Notes: generated by a model from the sequence alone, not told the origin. A stretch of DNA of 64,000 nt from an uncultured Gammaproteobacteria bacterium (GCA_964431805.1 CAYSKV010000003.1:53256-117255), one strand, 5' to 3'; positions 27,999 through 38,244 are shown, numbered from the stretch's first letter. Made by a program: numbers and translations.

Positions 27999-28751
27999 AT
28001 GATTCCAAACAAAATCGTGACAATTTTTGTGGGTGTTTTTTTAACGCTCGGCACAATTTATTTAGGTATTTTAAGTTGGAATGGTATTAAATCTCACAAC
28101 TATATTGGCATTAGCCCAAAAGAAAGTCATTCCATTGTTATTACCGGAGAAGGTAAAGTAACTGGCGTGCCTGATGTGGCCAAAATCCAATTAGGTTTTA
28201 GTATTGAGAAAAAAACTGTAGCCGAAGCGCAAAAAGAAAATACGACAAAAATAAATGCTATGATTGATAAATTAAAGAAAGATTTTAAAATTGACGCTAA
28301 AGATATACAAACTGTGAACTATTATATTTCGCCGCAATATGATTATTTAAGCAGCGGCAAGCAATCTTTAAGAGGTTATTTAGTGAGTCAGGATTTGAGC
28401 GTTAAAGTTCGAGACATGAATAAAGTGAGTCAAATTTTAGATGCCGCCGGTTCGGTTGGTTTAAACCAGGTGGGTAGTCTTGCCTTTGAAATAGATAATC
28501 CGGAAAAACTTAAAGAGGAAGCTAGAAGTAAGGCCTTAGAGCAAGCTAAAGTTAAGGCATCTTCTTTATCTAATATCGTTGGCGTGAAACTTGGTAAAAT
28601 TATTTCTTTTAGCGAATCATCGAGTGAACCAGGCGGATATTATAAAGCTTATTCTATGGCTGAAGGCATGGGCGGCGGAGGAGCTCCAAGTATCGAAGCT
28701 GGTAGTAATGAAATTACGGTATTTGCTACGGTTGAGTATGAGATTTTATAG
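27999..28751 (+). CDS. SIMPL/DUF541 family periplasmic protein
   Basis: N-terminal TM/signal, then the ITVTGEGKVTGVPDVAKIQLGF pattern typical of DUF541 (26-kDa periplasmic immunogenic protein family). Confidence 0.6.
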   Translation: MIPNKIVTIFVGVFLTLGTIYLGILSWNGIKSHNYIGISPKESHSIVITGEGKVTGVPDVAKIQLGFSIEKKTVAEAQKENTTKINAMIDKLKKDFKIDAKDIQTVNYYISPQYDYLSSGKQSLRGYLVSQDLSVKVRDMNKVSQILDAAGSVGLNQVGSLAFEIDNPEKLKEEARSKALEQAKVKASSLSNIVGVKLGKIISFSESSSEPGGYYKAYSMAEGMGGGGAPSIEAGSNEITVFATVEYEIL

Positions 28752-28783
28752 GATAATAGTAGTTAATATTTATAATTAGACAT

Positions 28784-29314
28784 GTGGTTAAAAAAAGTTT
28801 TTATAAAAATTTAGGTTTTACTTTAATTGAACTTTTAGTGGTAATTTCCATTATTGGTTTTTTGGCGACCGCCTCTTTAGTGGCTTTTAATTCAGCCAGA
28901 ATGAAAGCGCGAGATGCCAGAAGATTAGCAGAAATAAAATCATTGCAAAAAGCTTTACAGCTTTATTATAATGAAAATTTATCTTATCCTATTAGTAGTT
29001 GGCTTTATAGTTATTCGCCTAATTGGCTGAATAATAGCAACTTATTAGCCCTTGCTTTAAAGCCTTATATTAAGACTTTACCAATTGATCCACTAAACCA
29101 ATCTATTACTCCATATTCTGGTGGGTATTCTTATGGATATTTTGCTAGTAATTATGGCACTAGCGGCCAATGGTATATGATAGTTTTTAGATTAGAGCAG
29201 CTGAACCATCCTTATCAGCAACAAGACGGAGTAAGGGCTTGCAATGGGCAGTATTTTCATTATGGCAATGGCAGTAATGGCATTATTACGATCGGCGGAA
29301 ATTGTAATGAATAA
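28784..29314 (+). CDS. type IV pilin/pseudopilin (prepilin N-terminal methylation motif)
   Basis: GTG start. Short basic leader followed by GFTLIELLVVISIIG class III signal. Confidence 0.7.
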   Translation: MVKKSFYKNLGFTLIELLVVISIIGFLATASLVAFNSARMKARDARRLAEIKSLQKALQLYYNENLSYPISSWLYSYSPNWLNNSNLLALALKPYIKTLPIDPLNQSITPYSGGYSYGYFASNYGTSGQWYMIVFRLEQLNHPYQQQDGVRACNGQYFHYGNGSNGIITIGGNCNE

Positions 29315-29336
29315 TTTTATAATATAAGCTAAATTT

Positions 29337-30608
29337 ATGTCTAAAATAAAAAAAATTACAGCTCGAGAGATTTTAGATTCACGAGGCAACCCAACCCTAG
29401 AAACGAAAGTCTGTTTAGATAATGGAATATGCGCTAAAGCCTCTGTTCCCTCTGGCGCGTCTACGGGCGTTCATGAAGCTTTGGAATTGCGTGATGGCGA
29501 CGTTAAGAGATATGAAGGTTTGGGCGTGCTTAATGCTGTCAAAAATGTTGAAAAGAAAATTGCGCCTAAGTTGATTGGCATGGAAATAACCGGTCAGGAA
29601 AAAATTGATGAATTAATGATTAAATTAGATGGCACTAAAAATAAAAGTAAATTAGGCGCTAATTCAATTTTGTCGGTATCGTTGGCTTGCGCTCGTGCGG
29701 CCGCTTTAGCTTTAGATTTAGAGCTTTACGAATATATAAATAGAAGTTATGGATTAAATGCTTTGACAGACGGCAAGAATTTTAAACTGCCGACTCCTTG
29801 CTTTAATATTTTTAATGGCGGGAAACATGCAGATACTAATTTAGATTTTCAGGAATTTATGATTATTCCTGTTTTAGAAACTAGTTTTAAAGAAAAAGTT
29901 AGAATTGGCGCGGAAATTTTTCATACTTTAGGCAAGGTTTTAAAAACAGCCGGTTTTGACACGGATGTCGGCAATGAAGGCGGTTATGCGCCTGATATAG
30001 TTTCTTCTATCCAAGCTATTGAATTAATTATGGCAGCGTCTTTAAAAGCCGGCTTTAAGCCAGGCAGTCAAATCGCTTTAGGCGTAGATGTCGGTTCGTC
30101 GCAACTTTATAATAAGTCTGATGGCAAATATATTTTTAAATTAGATAAAGCTAATTTTACTTCAGCTACTTTAATCGGATTATATTATGAATGGTTTAGA
30201 AAATATCCAATTATTTATATTGAAGATGGTTTAGCCGAGGATGATTGGAGCGGCTGGCAAGAGTTAAATAAAGAATTGGGTTCAAATATTATGTTGGTAG
30301 GCGATGATCTTTTTGTAACCAATCTTGAGCGTTTAAGAAAAGGATTAAAAGAACATGCGGCCAATGCAATTTTAATAAAACCGAATCAAGTCGGGACTTT
30401 AACTGAAACTATTGATTGCGTTAAAATCGCCAAAAAACATAATTATAAAATTATTATTTCGCATAGAAGCGGTGAGACTACTGACGATTTTATTTCTGAT
30501 TTAGCCGTAGCGGTGGGCGCTGATTATATTAAAGCTGGTTCGTTGTCGCGTAGTGAAAGACTAGCAAAATATAATAGACTAATGGAAATTGAAGAGCAAC
30601 TAAAATAA
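29337..30608 (+). CDS. eno: enolase
   Basis: ILDSRGNPT N-terminal motif and SHRSGET active-site motif. Confidence 0.95.
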   Translation: MSKIKKITAREILDSRGNPTLETKVCLDNGICAKASVPSGASTGVHEALELRDGDVKRYEGLGVLNAVKNVEKKIAPKLIGMEITGQEKIDELMIKLDGTKNKSKLGANSILSVSLACARAAALALDLELYEYINRSYGLNALTDGKNFKLPTPCFNIFNGGKHADTNLDFQEFMIIPVLETSFKEKVRIGAEIFHTLGKVLKTAGFDTDVGNEGGYAPDIVSSIQAIELIMAASLKAGFKPGSQIALGVDVGSSQLYNKSDGKYIFKLDKANFTSATLIGLYYEWFRKYPIIYIEDGLAEDDWSGWQELNKELGSNIMLVGDDLFVTNLERLRKGLKEHAANAILIKPNQVGTLTETIDCVKIAKKHNYKIIISHRSGETTDDFISDLAVAVGADYIKAGSLSRSERLAKYNRLMEIEEQLK

Positions 30609-30683
30609 TTTTAATTATCAATGATAAATTTTCAATAAATTTTCAATTTAGAAATTTTAAAATTGAAATTTTTGCATTTTTAT

Positions 30684-32267
30684 ATGCCCAAACAAGAAAA
30701 ATTAAATAAGCCAGAAAAAAATAATTTGCCCATGATTTTAGTAATCCTTGATGGTTGGGGTTTGGCTTCGCCAAACACTGGCAATGCGGTTGCTTTGGCT
30801 AAAACTCCGACTATGAATGGTTTAATGAGAAAATATCCAAATACCAAACTTTATGCTCATGGAAAATATGTTGGCTTGCCTCCGTCGCAATCAGGCAACA
30901 GTGAAGCCGGCCATATGAATATCGGCGCTGGCCGTATGGTTGAACAAGATGTAGTCAGAATTTCTAAAAGCATTAAAGATGGTACTTTTTCTAAAAATGC
31001 TAGTTTTATTGAAGCGATTAGGCATGTTAAAAAGAACAAATCTAAATTACATCTAATGGGTATGGTTTCTAACGGCATGAGCGCACATAGCGACCCAGAT
31101 CATTTATTAGCTTTGTTATCTTTAGTTAGAGCAAATGGCATAAAAGATGTTTATCTGCATTTATTTACCGATGGCCGCGATTCTCCTAAATATGCTTCTT
31201 TAAAATTAATTACAGATATTCAGAAATCATTTAAAAATGGCGAGGCTATCGCTACTGTTATGGGTAGATTTTATGCTATGGACAGAAAAAAGACTTGGAC
31301 AAGAACAGAGAAGGCTTATAATGCCTTAGTAAACGCCATTGGCAAAAAAACTGAAAGCGCTCAAGCGGCAATTACTGAAAGCTATAACAGAGGTGAAAAC
31401 GATGAATTTATTGAACCGTATATTATTACAAAAAATGGTAAACCATTGCCGAGAATAGCTTCGGACGATAGCGTAATATTTTTTAATTTAAGATCCGACC
31501 GCGCCAGACAATTAGCTAAAGTTTTTGTACAAAAAGATTTTTGTGAAAAAAATAAATTTTGTTTTACAAGAAAAAAGTTTTTACATAATTTATTGTTTGT
31601 AGCTATGACTGATTTTGGCCCAGATTTAGATAGTATTTTTACTGCTTTTCCATCTGGCGATTTAAAACATACTTTACCTATGGAATTAGTTAATCTAAAA
31701 CAATTGTATATTGCGGAGACGGAAAAATATGCTCATGTAACTTATTTTTTTAATGGTGGTTATGCTGATGCGGTTGACGGTGAAGATAGGCAAGTTATAC
31801 CTTCGCCGGATGTAAAATCTTATGATCTTACGCCGGCTATGAGTTCAGGTAAATTATGCCGCGAAATAATAAACAATCTTAATAAAAATAAATATGATTT
31901 TACGGTTTTAAATTTTGCCGCGCCTGATATGATTGGCCATACTGGTAATTTAGAGGCTGGCATAAAATGCTGTCATGAAGTTGATGAATATTTAGGAGAA
32001 ATTGTTAAAGCTTATTTTAAGGCTGGCGGAACGGTTTTAATCACTGCCGACCATGGTAATATTGAAGAAATGATTAATTTGAAAACTGGAGAAATAGATA
32101 CCGAACATTCAATTAATCAAGTGCCTTTTATCATAGTTAATAAGAATATAGGTAATAAAATTAAATTAAGAAGCGATGGGATATTAGGCGATATTGCTCC
32201 AACTGTATTAGATTTATTAAATATAAATAAACCAAAAGAGATGACGGGCAAAAGTCTTATAAAATAG
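30684..32267 (+). CDS. gpmI: 2,3-bisphosphoglycerate-independent phosphoglycerate mutase (copy 1)
   Basis: ILDGWG N-terminal metal-binding motif, ETEKYAHVTYFFNGG, and C-terminal ADHGN. Start at the internal ATG (track start 30663). Confidence 0.85.
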   Translation: MPKQEKLNKPEKNNLPMILVILDGWGLASPNTGNAVALAKTPTMNGLMRKYPNTKLYAHGKYVGLPPSQSGNSEAGHMNIGAGRMVEQDVVRISKSIKDGTFSKNASFIEAIRHVKKNKSKLHLMGMVSNGMSAHSDPDHLLALLSLVRANGIKDVYLHLFTDGRDSPKYASLKLITDIQKSFKNGEAIATVMGRFYAMDRKKTWTRTEKAYNALVNAIGKKTESAQAAITESYNRGENDEFIEPYIITKNGKPLPRIASDDSVIFFNLRSDRARQLAKVFVQKDFCEKNKFCFTRKKFLHNLLFVAMTDFGPDLDSIFTAFPSGDLKHTLPMELVNLKQLYIAETEKYAHVTYFFNGGYADAVDGEDRQVIPSPDVKSYDLTPAMSSGKLCREIINNLNKNKYDFTVLNFAAPDMIGHTGNLEAGIKCCHEVDEYLGEIVKAYFKAGGTVLITADHGNIEEMINLKTGEIDTEHSINQVPFIIVNKNIGNKIKLRSDGILGDIAPTVLDLLNINKPKEMTGKSLIK

Positions 32268-32296
32268 TTTTCAATTTTTATATCTAGAAATTAATT

Positions 32297-33886
32297 ATGG
32301 CCACAAAAAAACAACAAGTTCGACCGAAGCCAGTAGTATTAATGGTGCTTGATGGTTGGGGTGTAGCTAATTCTTACGCCGGCAACGCTATTAGCCAAGC
32401 TAATACGCCTAATATAAAAAATTATATAGCTAAGTATCCTTCTATGGTTTTAGTAGCTTCTGGCGAAGGAGTTGGTTTACCGTGGGGAGAATTTGGCAAT
32501 AGCGAGGTCGGCCATTTAAATTTAGGTTTAGGCAGAATTATTTATCAAAATCTCCCTAAAATTAATAGGGCTATTGCTGACAATAGTTTTTATAAAAATA
32601 AAGCTTTACTTAAAGCGATTGAACAGGTAAAAGCTAATAATTCAAAGTTGCATTTAATTGGTTTAGCTTCTAACGGCTGTGTTCACTCTTCAATGGAACA
32701 TTTGCAGGCTTTAATTGCTTTTATGGAAGAAAGTAAAGTTAATGAATTTTATGTCCATGCTATTTTGGACGGTAGAGATACGCCGTTTAATGCCGGTTTG
32801 AATTTTATTAAAGAGGTAGAAGCATCTTTAGCCGGGACTAAAGGCAAAATAGCGTCGTTATCTGGACGTTTTTATGCTATGGATCGGGATAATCATTGGG
32901 ACAGAACAGCTAAAGCATATGAAGCTATGGCTTTAGGAATCGGTGAAAAATATGAGTCAGCCGAGAAAGCGATTGAAGACAGTTATGATAAAAAAATATA
33001 TGATGAAGAGTTTATGCCGACAGTTATAGCTAAAGATGGACAACCTATAGCTAAAATTGAAGATGGCGATGCGGTAATATTTTTTAATTATCGGCCTGAT
33101 CGGGCGCGCGAACTTACTAAAGCTTTTGTTTTGCCAAGTTTTGAAAAATTTAAGCGAGAAAAATATTTAAACATTTTTTTTGCCACTTTTGTTGAGTATG
33201 AAAAAAATTTACCAGTAGAGATAGTTTTTCCGCCAGATGTTTTAAAAAATACTTTAGGTGAAGTTTTGTCTCGTTCTGGTTTAAAGCAATTAAGAATCGC
33301 GGAAACAGAAAAATATGCTCATGTAACTTATTTTTTTAATGGTGGCTGTGAAGTAAAATCAGAAGGCGAAGATCAGTTATTAGTTTCTTCTCCGGCTGTT
33401 TCTAGTTATGACCTTAAGCCAGAGATGTCGGCTCTAGAGGTTACCGATAAAGTTATAAAAGCGATTGAACAGGATAACTACGATTTTATTTTAATAAATT
33501 TTGCTAATGCTGATATGGTTGGACATACAGGAAATTTAAAAGCTACTATTAAAGCGATTGAAACAGTCGATAAATGTGTTGGCAAAATTGTTAATTTAGT
33601 TTTAGCTAAAGAGGGCGTCTCATTTATTACTGCCGATCATGGTAATGCCGAAGAATTGTTTAATATGCAAACCGGTATGATAGACAAAGAACATTCAGCT
33701 AATCCAGTGCCTTTTTTAATTATTGGCAAAGATTATGAAGGTAAAAGTTTGTCTTTGCCTGATGCACTTGGCGGTGATTTAAGCTTATTACAACCACAGG
33801 GCATGCTGTCTGACGTGGCGCCGACTATTCTTAAAGTAATGAATTTAGATAAACCTTCGGAAATGGTCGGTAGGAGCCTTATATAA
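32297..33886 (+). CDS. gpmI: 2,3-bisphosphoglycerate-independent phosphoglycerate mutase (copy 2, tandem paralog)
   Basis: VLDGWG, ETEKYAHVTYFFNGG and ADHGNAE motifs. Clearly diverged from copy 1. Confidence 0.85.
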   Translation: MATKKQQVRPKPVVLMVLDGWGVANSYAGNAISQANTPNIKNYIAKYPSMVLVASGEGVGLPWGEFGNSEVGHLNLGLGRIIYQNLPKINRAIADNSFYKNKALLKAIEQVKANNSKLHLIGLASNGCVHSSMEHLQALIAFMEESKVNEFYVHAILDGRDTPFNAGLNFIKEVEASLAGTKGKIASLSGRFYAMDRDNHWDRTAKAYEAMALGIGEKYESAEKAIEDSYDKKIYDEEFMPTVIAKDGQPIAKIEDGDAVIFFNYRPDRARELTKAFVLPSFEKFKREKYLNIFFATFVEYEKNLPVEIVFPPDVLKNTLGEVLSRSGLKQLRIAETEKYAHVTYFFNGGCEVKSEGEDQLLVSSPAVSSYDLKPEMSALEVTDKVIKAIEQDNYDFILINFANADMVGHTGNLKATIKAIETVDKCVGKIVNLVLAKEGVSFITADHGNAEELFNMQTGMIDKEHSANPVPFLIIGKDYEGKSLSLPDALGGDLSLLQPQGMLSDVAPTILKVMNLDKPSEMVGRSLI

Positions 33887-33896
33887 ATATAATCAT

Positions 33897-34952
33897 ATGT
33901 CTATTCTAGTCATCAATTCAGGTTCAACTTCAATAAAATACAAATTATTTTCCGACAGCGAAAAGGAAATTAAACAAGGCGATATTACTAATATTACCAA
34001 TCATCAAACAGCTTTAAAACAAATTTTAAGAGATGTTGGCGGATTGCAAGATTTAAAAGCGGTTGGACATAGAGTAGTTCATGGTGGATATAAATTTCAT
34101 AAACCGCTTTTAATAAACCAAGAAAATTTTTTAGAATTAGAAAAATTTAATGATTTGGCGCCGCTGCATAATCCTTATAATCTAGCTGGCATTAAGGCGG
34201 TTATGGAATATTTGCCCCAGATTAAGCAAGTAGCGATTTTTGATACGTCTTTTTATGCTAATTTGCCGGAAATTTCAAAGCTTTATGCGCTACCCAGGGA
34301 AATTAGTGAAAAACATAAAATTTATCGTTATGGTTTTCACGGCACTTCACATAAGTATGCCATGCAAGAAAGCGCTAAATTGCTTAAAACGGAAATTAAT
34401 AAAATTAATTTAATTAGTTGTCATTTGGGCGGCGGCTGGTCAATCACTGCCGTGAAAAATGGTCAGCCGATTGATACCTCTATGGGCTTTACTCCGCTGG
34501 AAGGTTTAGTAATGATGACTAGGGCTGGAGATATTGACCCAGGAATAATTTTTAAACTTTTAGAAGAAATGCCAGAAGAAATAGATAAAAATAAAGTAGC
34601 TATGATTTATGATTTACTAAATAAGCAATCAGGTATAAAGGGTTTATCGGGCGTTAATGATTTTCAAGAATTATTAAGATTAGTATCGCTTGGCAATGAA
34701 GCAGCTAATCTAGCTTTTGATTTAGCTATTAATCGTTTAATAAAATATATTGGCGCTTATTGGACCGAGTTAGAAGGTAAAGCGCAAGCGATTGTTTTCA
34801 CTGGAGCTATCGGCGCTGGCAATCCAATGACGCGCAATCAAGTGATAAAAAAAATAAAATGTTTGGGCAATTTACCGATGTTAGTAATTAAAGCCAATGA
34901 AGAATTAATGATTGCCAGAGAAGTGAGAGAATTAATTAGCACAAGACAATAA
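33897..34952 (+). CDS. ackA: acetate/propionate kinase family protein (short)
   Basis: ILVINSGSTSIKYKLF N-terminal ATP-binding motif and FHGTSH motif. 351 aa is shorter than canonical AckA. Confidence 0.7.
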   Translation: MSILVINSGSTSIKYKLFSDSEKEIKQGDITNITNHQTALKQILRDVGGLQDLKAVGHRVVHGGYKFHKPLLINQENFLELEKFNDLAPLHNPYNLAGIKAVMEYLPQIKQVAIFDTSFYANLPEISKLYALPREISEKHKIYRYGFHGTSHKYAMQESAKLLKTEINKINLISCHLGGGWSITAVKNGQPIDTSMGFTPLEGLVMMTRAGDIDPGIIFKLLEEMPEEIDKNKVAMIYDLLNKQSGIKGLSGVNDFQELLRLVSLGNEAANLAFDLAINRLIKYIGAYWTELEGKAQAIVFTGAIGAGNPMTRNQVIKKIKCLGNLPMLVIKANEELMIAREVRELISTRQ

Positions 34953-34957
34953 CTTTT

Positions 34958-36601
34958 ATGATAAAAAGATTATTTAATGGAGAAATAAATAGTATTACCG
35001 TGGCCGCTTTGTTGGTCGGCGGCTCTTCTTTAATTAGCCGGTTGCTTGGAATTTTCCGCGATCGTATTTTAGCCGGTCAATTCGGCGCTGGCGATACTTT
35101 AGATATTTATTATGCGGCTTTTCGCGTCCCAGATTTAATTTTTAATTTGTTAGTTTTAGGCGCCTTATCGGCTGGCTTCATTCCTATCTTTACTTCTCTA
35201 ATTAAAAGTCCTTTAGAGAAGATAAAATCTTTAATAGGTGATGAATACAAAGAGGCTTGGCAATTGGCTAGTAATATTTTAAATATTTTGGGCGTTGGTC
35301 TTTTGATTTTATGTGGTTTAGGGGTAATTTTTGCGCCGCAGATTATGCGTTTGATTACCCCGGGTTTTAGCCATGAAAAAATTGATTTAACTATTGGCTT
35401 ATCAAGAATTATGTTTTTGTCTCCGATATTTTTAGGTATCTCGAGCGTTTTTGGCGGTATTTTGCAATCGTTCAAAAGATTTTTTGTTTATTCAATGTCG
35501 CCAATTTTTTATAATATTGGTATAATCATCGGCGCGCTTTATTTTGTGCCGATATGGGGAATTTATGGTTTAGCTTGGGGTGTGGTTTTAGGCGCAGCCG
35601 CTCATATGGCTGTGCAGATTCCAGCTTTAAATCAGCTTGGTTTTAAATATAGCTTTAAATTTGAAATGAAGAATCCGTTGGTAAATAAAATTTGGTTAAT
35701 GATGATACCAAGAACTATGAGTTTGGCTATTTCGCAGTTGAATTTATTAGTTATCACTATAGTCGCTTCAACTATGTCTAGCGGGTCGCTCGCGGTTTTT
35801 AATTTTGCCAATAATTTGCAGTCATTTCCCGTGGGTATTTTCGGTATTTCTTTCGCCATAGCTGCTTTCCCCGCTTTGTCAGCCGCCGCTTTTGATAAAA
35901 ATAATTTAGTTAAAGATCTATCCTTAACAGTAAGACAAATATTATTTTTTATTATTCCGTCTACGGTTCTTTTATTAGCTTTGCGCGCGCAAATTATCAG
36001 AGTTATTTTAGGTACGGGAAAATTTGATTGGCAAGACACTCTTTTAACTATTGATACTTTAGGTTTTTTTGCAATTTCACTTTTTGCTCAAGCCCTAATT
36101 CCTCTTTTAATTCGAGTTTTTTATGCTAGGCATAACTCTAAAACGCCGTTTATTATTGGCTTAATAGCGGCTTTAATTAACATTTTTTTATCAATTAAAT
36201 TTTCCGAGAGTATGGGTGTAGCCGGGCTGGCCTTAGCCTTTTCCATAAGTAATGTAGTAAATTTGATATTGCTTTGGGTTTGGTTGAATTTTGAAATAGG
36301 AAAAATTGATGAGTTTAAAGTTTTTATTTCAACCGTAAAATTTTCTTTAGCCGCTTTGTTATGCGGCTTGGCGGTTCAGGGCGTAAAATTATTAATTGGC
36401 AGTAGAATTGATTTGGACAGATTTTGGGAAATCGCGGTTCAAGGCTTAGTCGCTGGATTAGCTGGCATATCAGTTTATCTTTTAGTTTGTTATATTTTAA
36501 AAAGTGAAGAATTATTTAATTTTTGGTCATCTTTAAAACGTCGTCTGCCTGGCTTTAAAAAAATTGAAACAACCGATCAAGGAGAAGCCCGAGGAATTTA
36601 A
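34958..36601 (+). CDS. murJ: lipid II flippase MurJ (MviN)
   Basis: The LSRLLGIFRDRILAGQFGAGDTLDIYYAAFRVPD N-terminal region is the MurJ signature. 14 TM-like segments. Confidence 0.85.
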   Translation: MIKRLFNGEINSITVAALLVGGSSLISRLLGIFRDRILAGQFGAGDTLDIYYAAFRVPDLIFNLLVLGALSAGFIPIFTSLIKSPLEKIKSLIGDEYKEAWQLASNILNILGVGLLILCGLGVIFAPQIMRLITPGFSHEKIDLTIGLSRIMFLSPIFLGISSVFGGILQSFKRFFVYSMSPIFYNIGIIIGALYFVPIWGIYGLAWGVVLGAAAHMAVQIPALNQLGFKYSFKFEMKNPLVNKIWLMMIPRTMSLAISQLNLLVITIVASTMSSGSLAVFNFANNLQSFPVGIFGISFAIAAFPALSAAAFDKNNLVKDLSLTVRQILFFIIPSTVLLLALRAQIIRVILGTGKFDWQDTLLTIDTLGFFAISLFAQALIPLLIRVFYARHNSKTPFIIGLIAALINIFLSIKFSESMGVAGLALAFSISNVVNLILLWVWLNFEIGKIDEFKVFISTVKFSLAALLCGLAVQGVKLLIGSRIDLDRFWEIAVQGLVAGLAGISVYLLVCYILKSEELFNFWSSLKRRLPGFKKIETTDQGEARGI

Positions 36602-36608
36602 AAAATGG

Positions 36609-36636
36609 TTGACATTATTTTATAATGCCATATACT
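36609..36636 (+). promoter_or_regulatory. putative sigma70-like promoter (TTGACA-16-TATACT)
   Basis: TTGACA 36609-36614 and TATACT 36631-36636, just upstream of the 88-bp inverted-repeat element. Confidence 0.35.
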
Positions 36637-36660
36637 TAAATCAAAGGGTGAAAATTTTTA

Positions 36661-36748
36661 TGAACCCCGTTAGAAGTGTAAAGATTAAAACAGCTAACGG
36701 GTAAAAACAGTAATTATATTTTCTATGCAAACTTCTAACGGGGTGAAA
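36661..36748. repeat. 88-bp element with 13-bp perfect terminal inverted repeats (core CCCCGTTAGAA plus two covarying bases), copy 1
   Basis: Left arm tgaaccccgttagaagt, right arm acttctaacggggtgaa. Same length and termini as the copy at 47606-47693, with unrelated interior sequence. Confidence 0.55.
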
Positions 36749-36798
36749 CAGAAAATTCCTCATAGCCAGTTAAATTATTTTTATAATAACTTTTCAAA

Positions 36799-36825
36799 AA
36801 GCTGATTTTTTAAGTCAGCTTTTTA
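36799..36825 (+). terminator. hairpin plus T-run (aagctga-ttttttaag-tcagctt + T5), terminator or attenuator
   Basis: Located 7 nt before the ATG of the ATP-grasp gene. Confidence 0.35.
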
Positions 36826-36831
36826 TTTTAT

Positions 36832-38175
36832 ATGCCTAATGGTAAAAACAACGGCAACAATCATGAGCTGGCGGCTAAAACAACCGATTCAAAAAAATTT
36901 TTATTTATTTCGCTGGAAAGTTTAAGCGGTGATTTAGCTTGGAGTTTAGTTAAAGAAGGTCATTTTGTAAAAGCTTATATTAAAGCCAAAAGCGATATTG
37001 ATGTTTATGATGGTTTTATTGAAAAAGTTGAAGCTTGGGAGTCTTATAAAGATTGGGCGGATGTAATAATATTTGACGACGTCAGTTTCGGTTCAATCGC
37101 TGAGAAATTAAGGAAACAGGGTAAATTAGTTATTGGCGGCAGTATTTATACTGACAAATTAGAAATAGATCGTGAGTTCGGTCAGGCTGAAATGAAAAGT
37201 CATGGCATTAATATTTTACCTAGCTGGCAGTTTAATGATTACGAGGAGGCGATAAAATTTATAAAAAATAATCCGTCCCGTTATGTCTTTAAGCCTAGCG
37301 GTAATACGCCTTCGGGCGGTAAAGGATTATTATTTTTAGGCCAAGAAGAAGATGGTAAAGATTTATTAGAACTTTTAGAGCAGAACAAAGATGTTTGGAA
37401 GAAAAAAGCGCCTTTATTTTTACTTCAAAAATATATTACGGGCGTGGAAGTCGCCGTAGGCGCTTATTTTAATGGTCATGATTTTATTTATCCGATTAAC
37501 GTAAATTTTGAACATAAAAGAATTTATCCGGGCAATATCGGGCCGTTCGCCGGCGAGATGGGAACTTTAATGTATTGGAGTTCGCCCAATAATTTATTCC
37601 ACGCAACGTTAGAAAAGATGTTACCGGCCTTAAAAGAATCAGGCTATATCGGTTATGTGGATATAAATTGCATCGTTAACGGTCGGGGGATTTATCCGCT
37701 TGAGTTTACTACTCGCTTTGGTTATCCGACTATTCAAATTCAACAAGAAGGCATTTTAACGCCAACCGGCGAATGGTTATATAAAATGGCTAAAGGTGAA
37801 GACTTTGAATTAAAAACTAAGCGCGGTTTTCAAATTGGCATAAGAATTTTAGTTGAATCTTATTTTTCTAAAGATGATGATTCTGATGTTGTAAAATTAT
37901 ACCATGACCTAGCCATTGCTTTTAAAAATAATCATAATTTTGAAGGGATTCATATTGAGGATATAAAAAATGATAAAGGTATTTGGCGAGTGGCCGGAGT
38001 GTCGGGCTGTTTACTCGTTATTACGGCTAGCGGCATGACCGTTGAAGATGCTCGGCACTTAGTTTATGGTCGAGTACATAATATTATCATCCCTAATATG
38101 ATATACCGAACTGATATTGGTTCGCGCTGGGCGGTGGATTCTGATCGTTTGCATACTTGGGGATATTTAAGATAA
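36832..38175 (+). CDS. ATP-grasp enzyme, PurD (phosphoribosylamine-glycine ligase)-like
   Basis: KPSGNTPSGGKGLLF resembles the PurD KADGLAAGKGV motif, and GNIGPFAGEMGT resembles PurD GPNTGGMGA. Function assignment is tentative. Confidence 0.45.
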   Translation: MPNGKNNGNNHELAAKTTDSKKFLFISLESLSGDLAWSLVKEGHFVKAYIKAKSDIDVYDGFIEKVEAWESYKDWADVIIFDDVSFGSIAEKLRKQGKLVIGGSIYTDKLEIDREFGQAEMKSHGINILPSWQFNDYEEAIKFIKNNPSRYVFKPSGNTPSGGKGLLFLGQEEDGKDLLELLEQNKDVWKKKAPLFLLQKYITGVEVAVGAYFNGHDFIYPINVNFEHKRIYPGNIGPFAGEMGTLMYWSSPNNLFHATLEKMLPALKESGYIGYVDINCIVNGRGIYPLEFTTRFGYPTIQIQQEGILTPTGEWLYKMAKGEDFELKTKRGFQIGIRILVESYFSKDDDSDVVKLYHDLAIAFKNNHNFEGIHIEDIKNDKGIWRVAGVSGCLLVITASGMTVEDARHLVYGRVHNIIIPNMIYRTDIGSRWAVDSDRLHTWGYLR

Positions 38176-38244
38176 AAGGTAATAAAATAATAAAAAATTA
38201 GTTTGACCAAACAATAAAAAACTAGTAGGATTAGAAGTGTAGAT

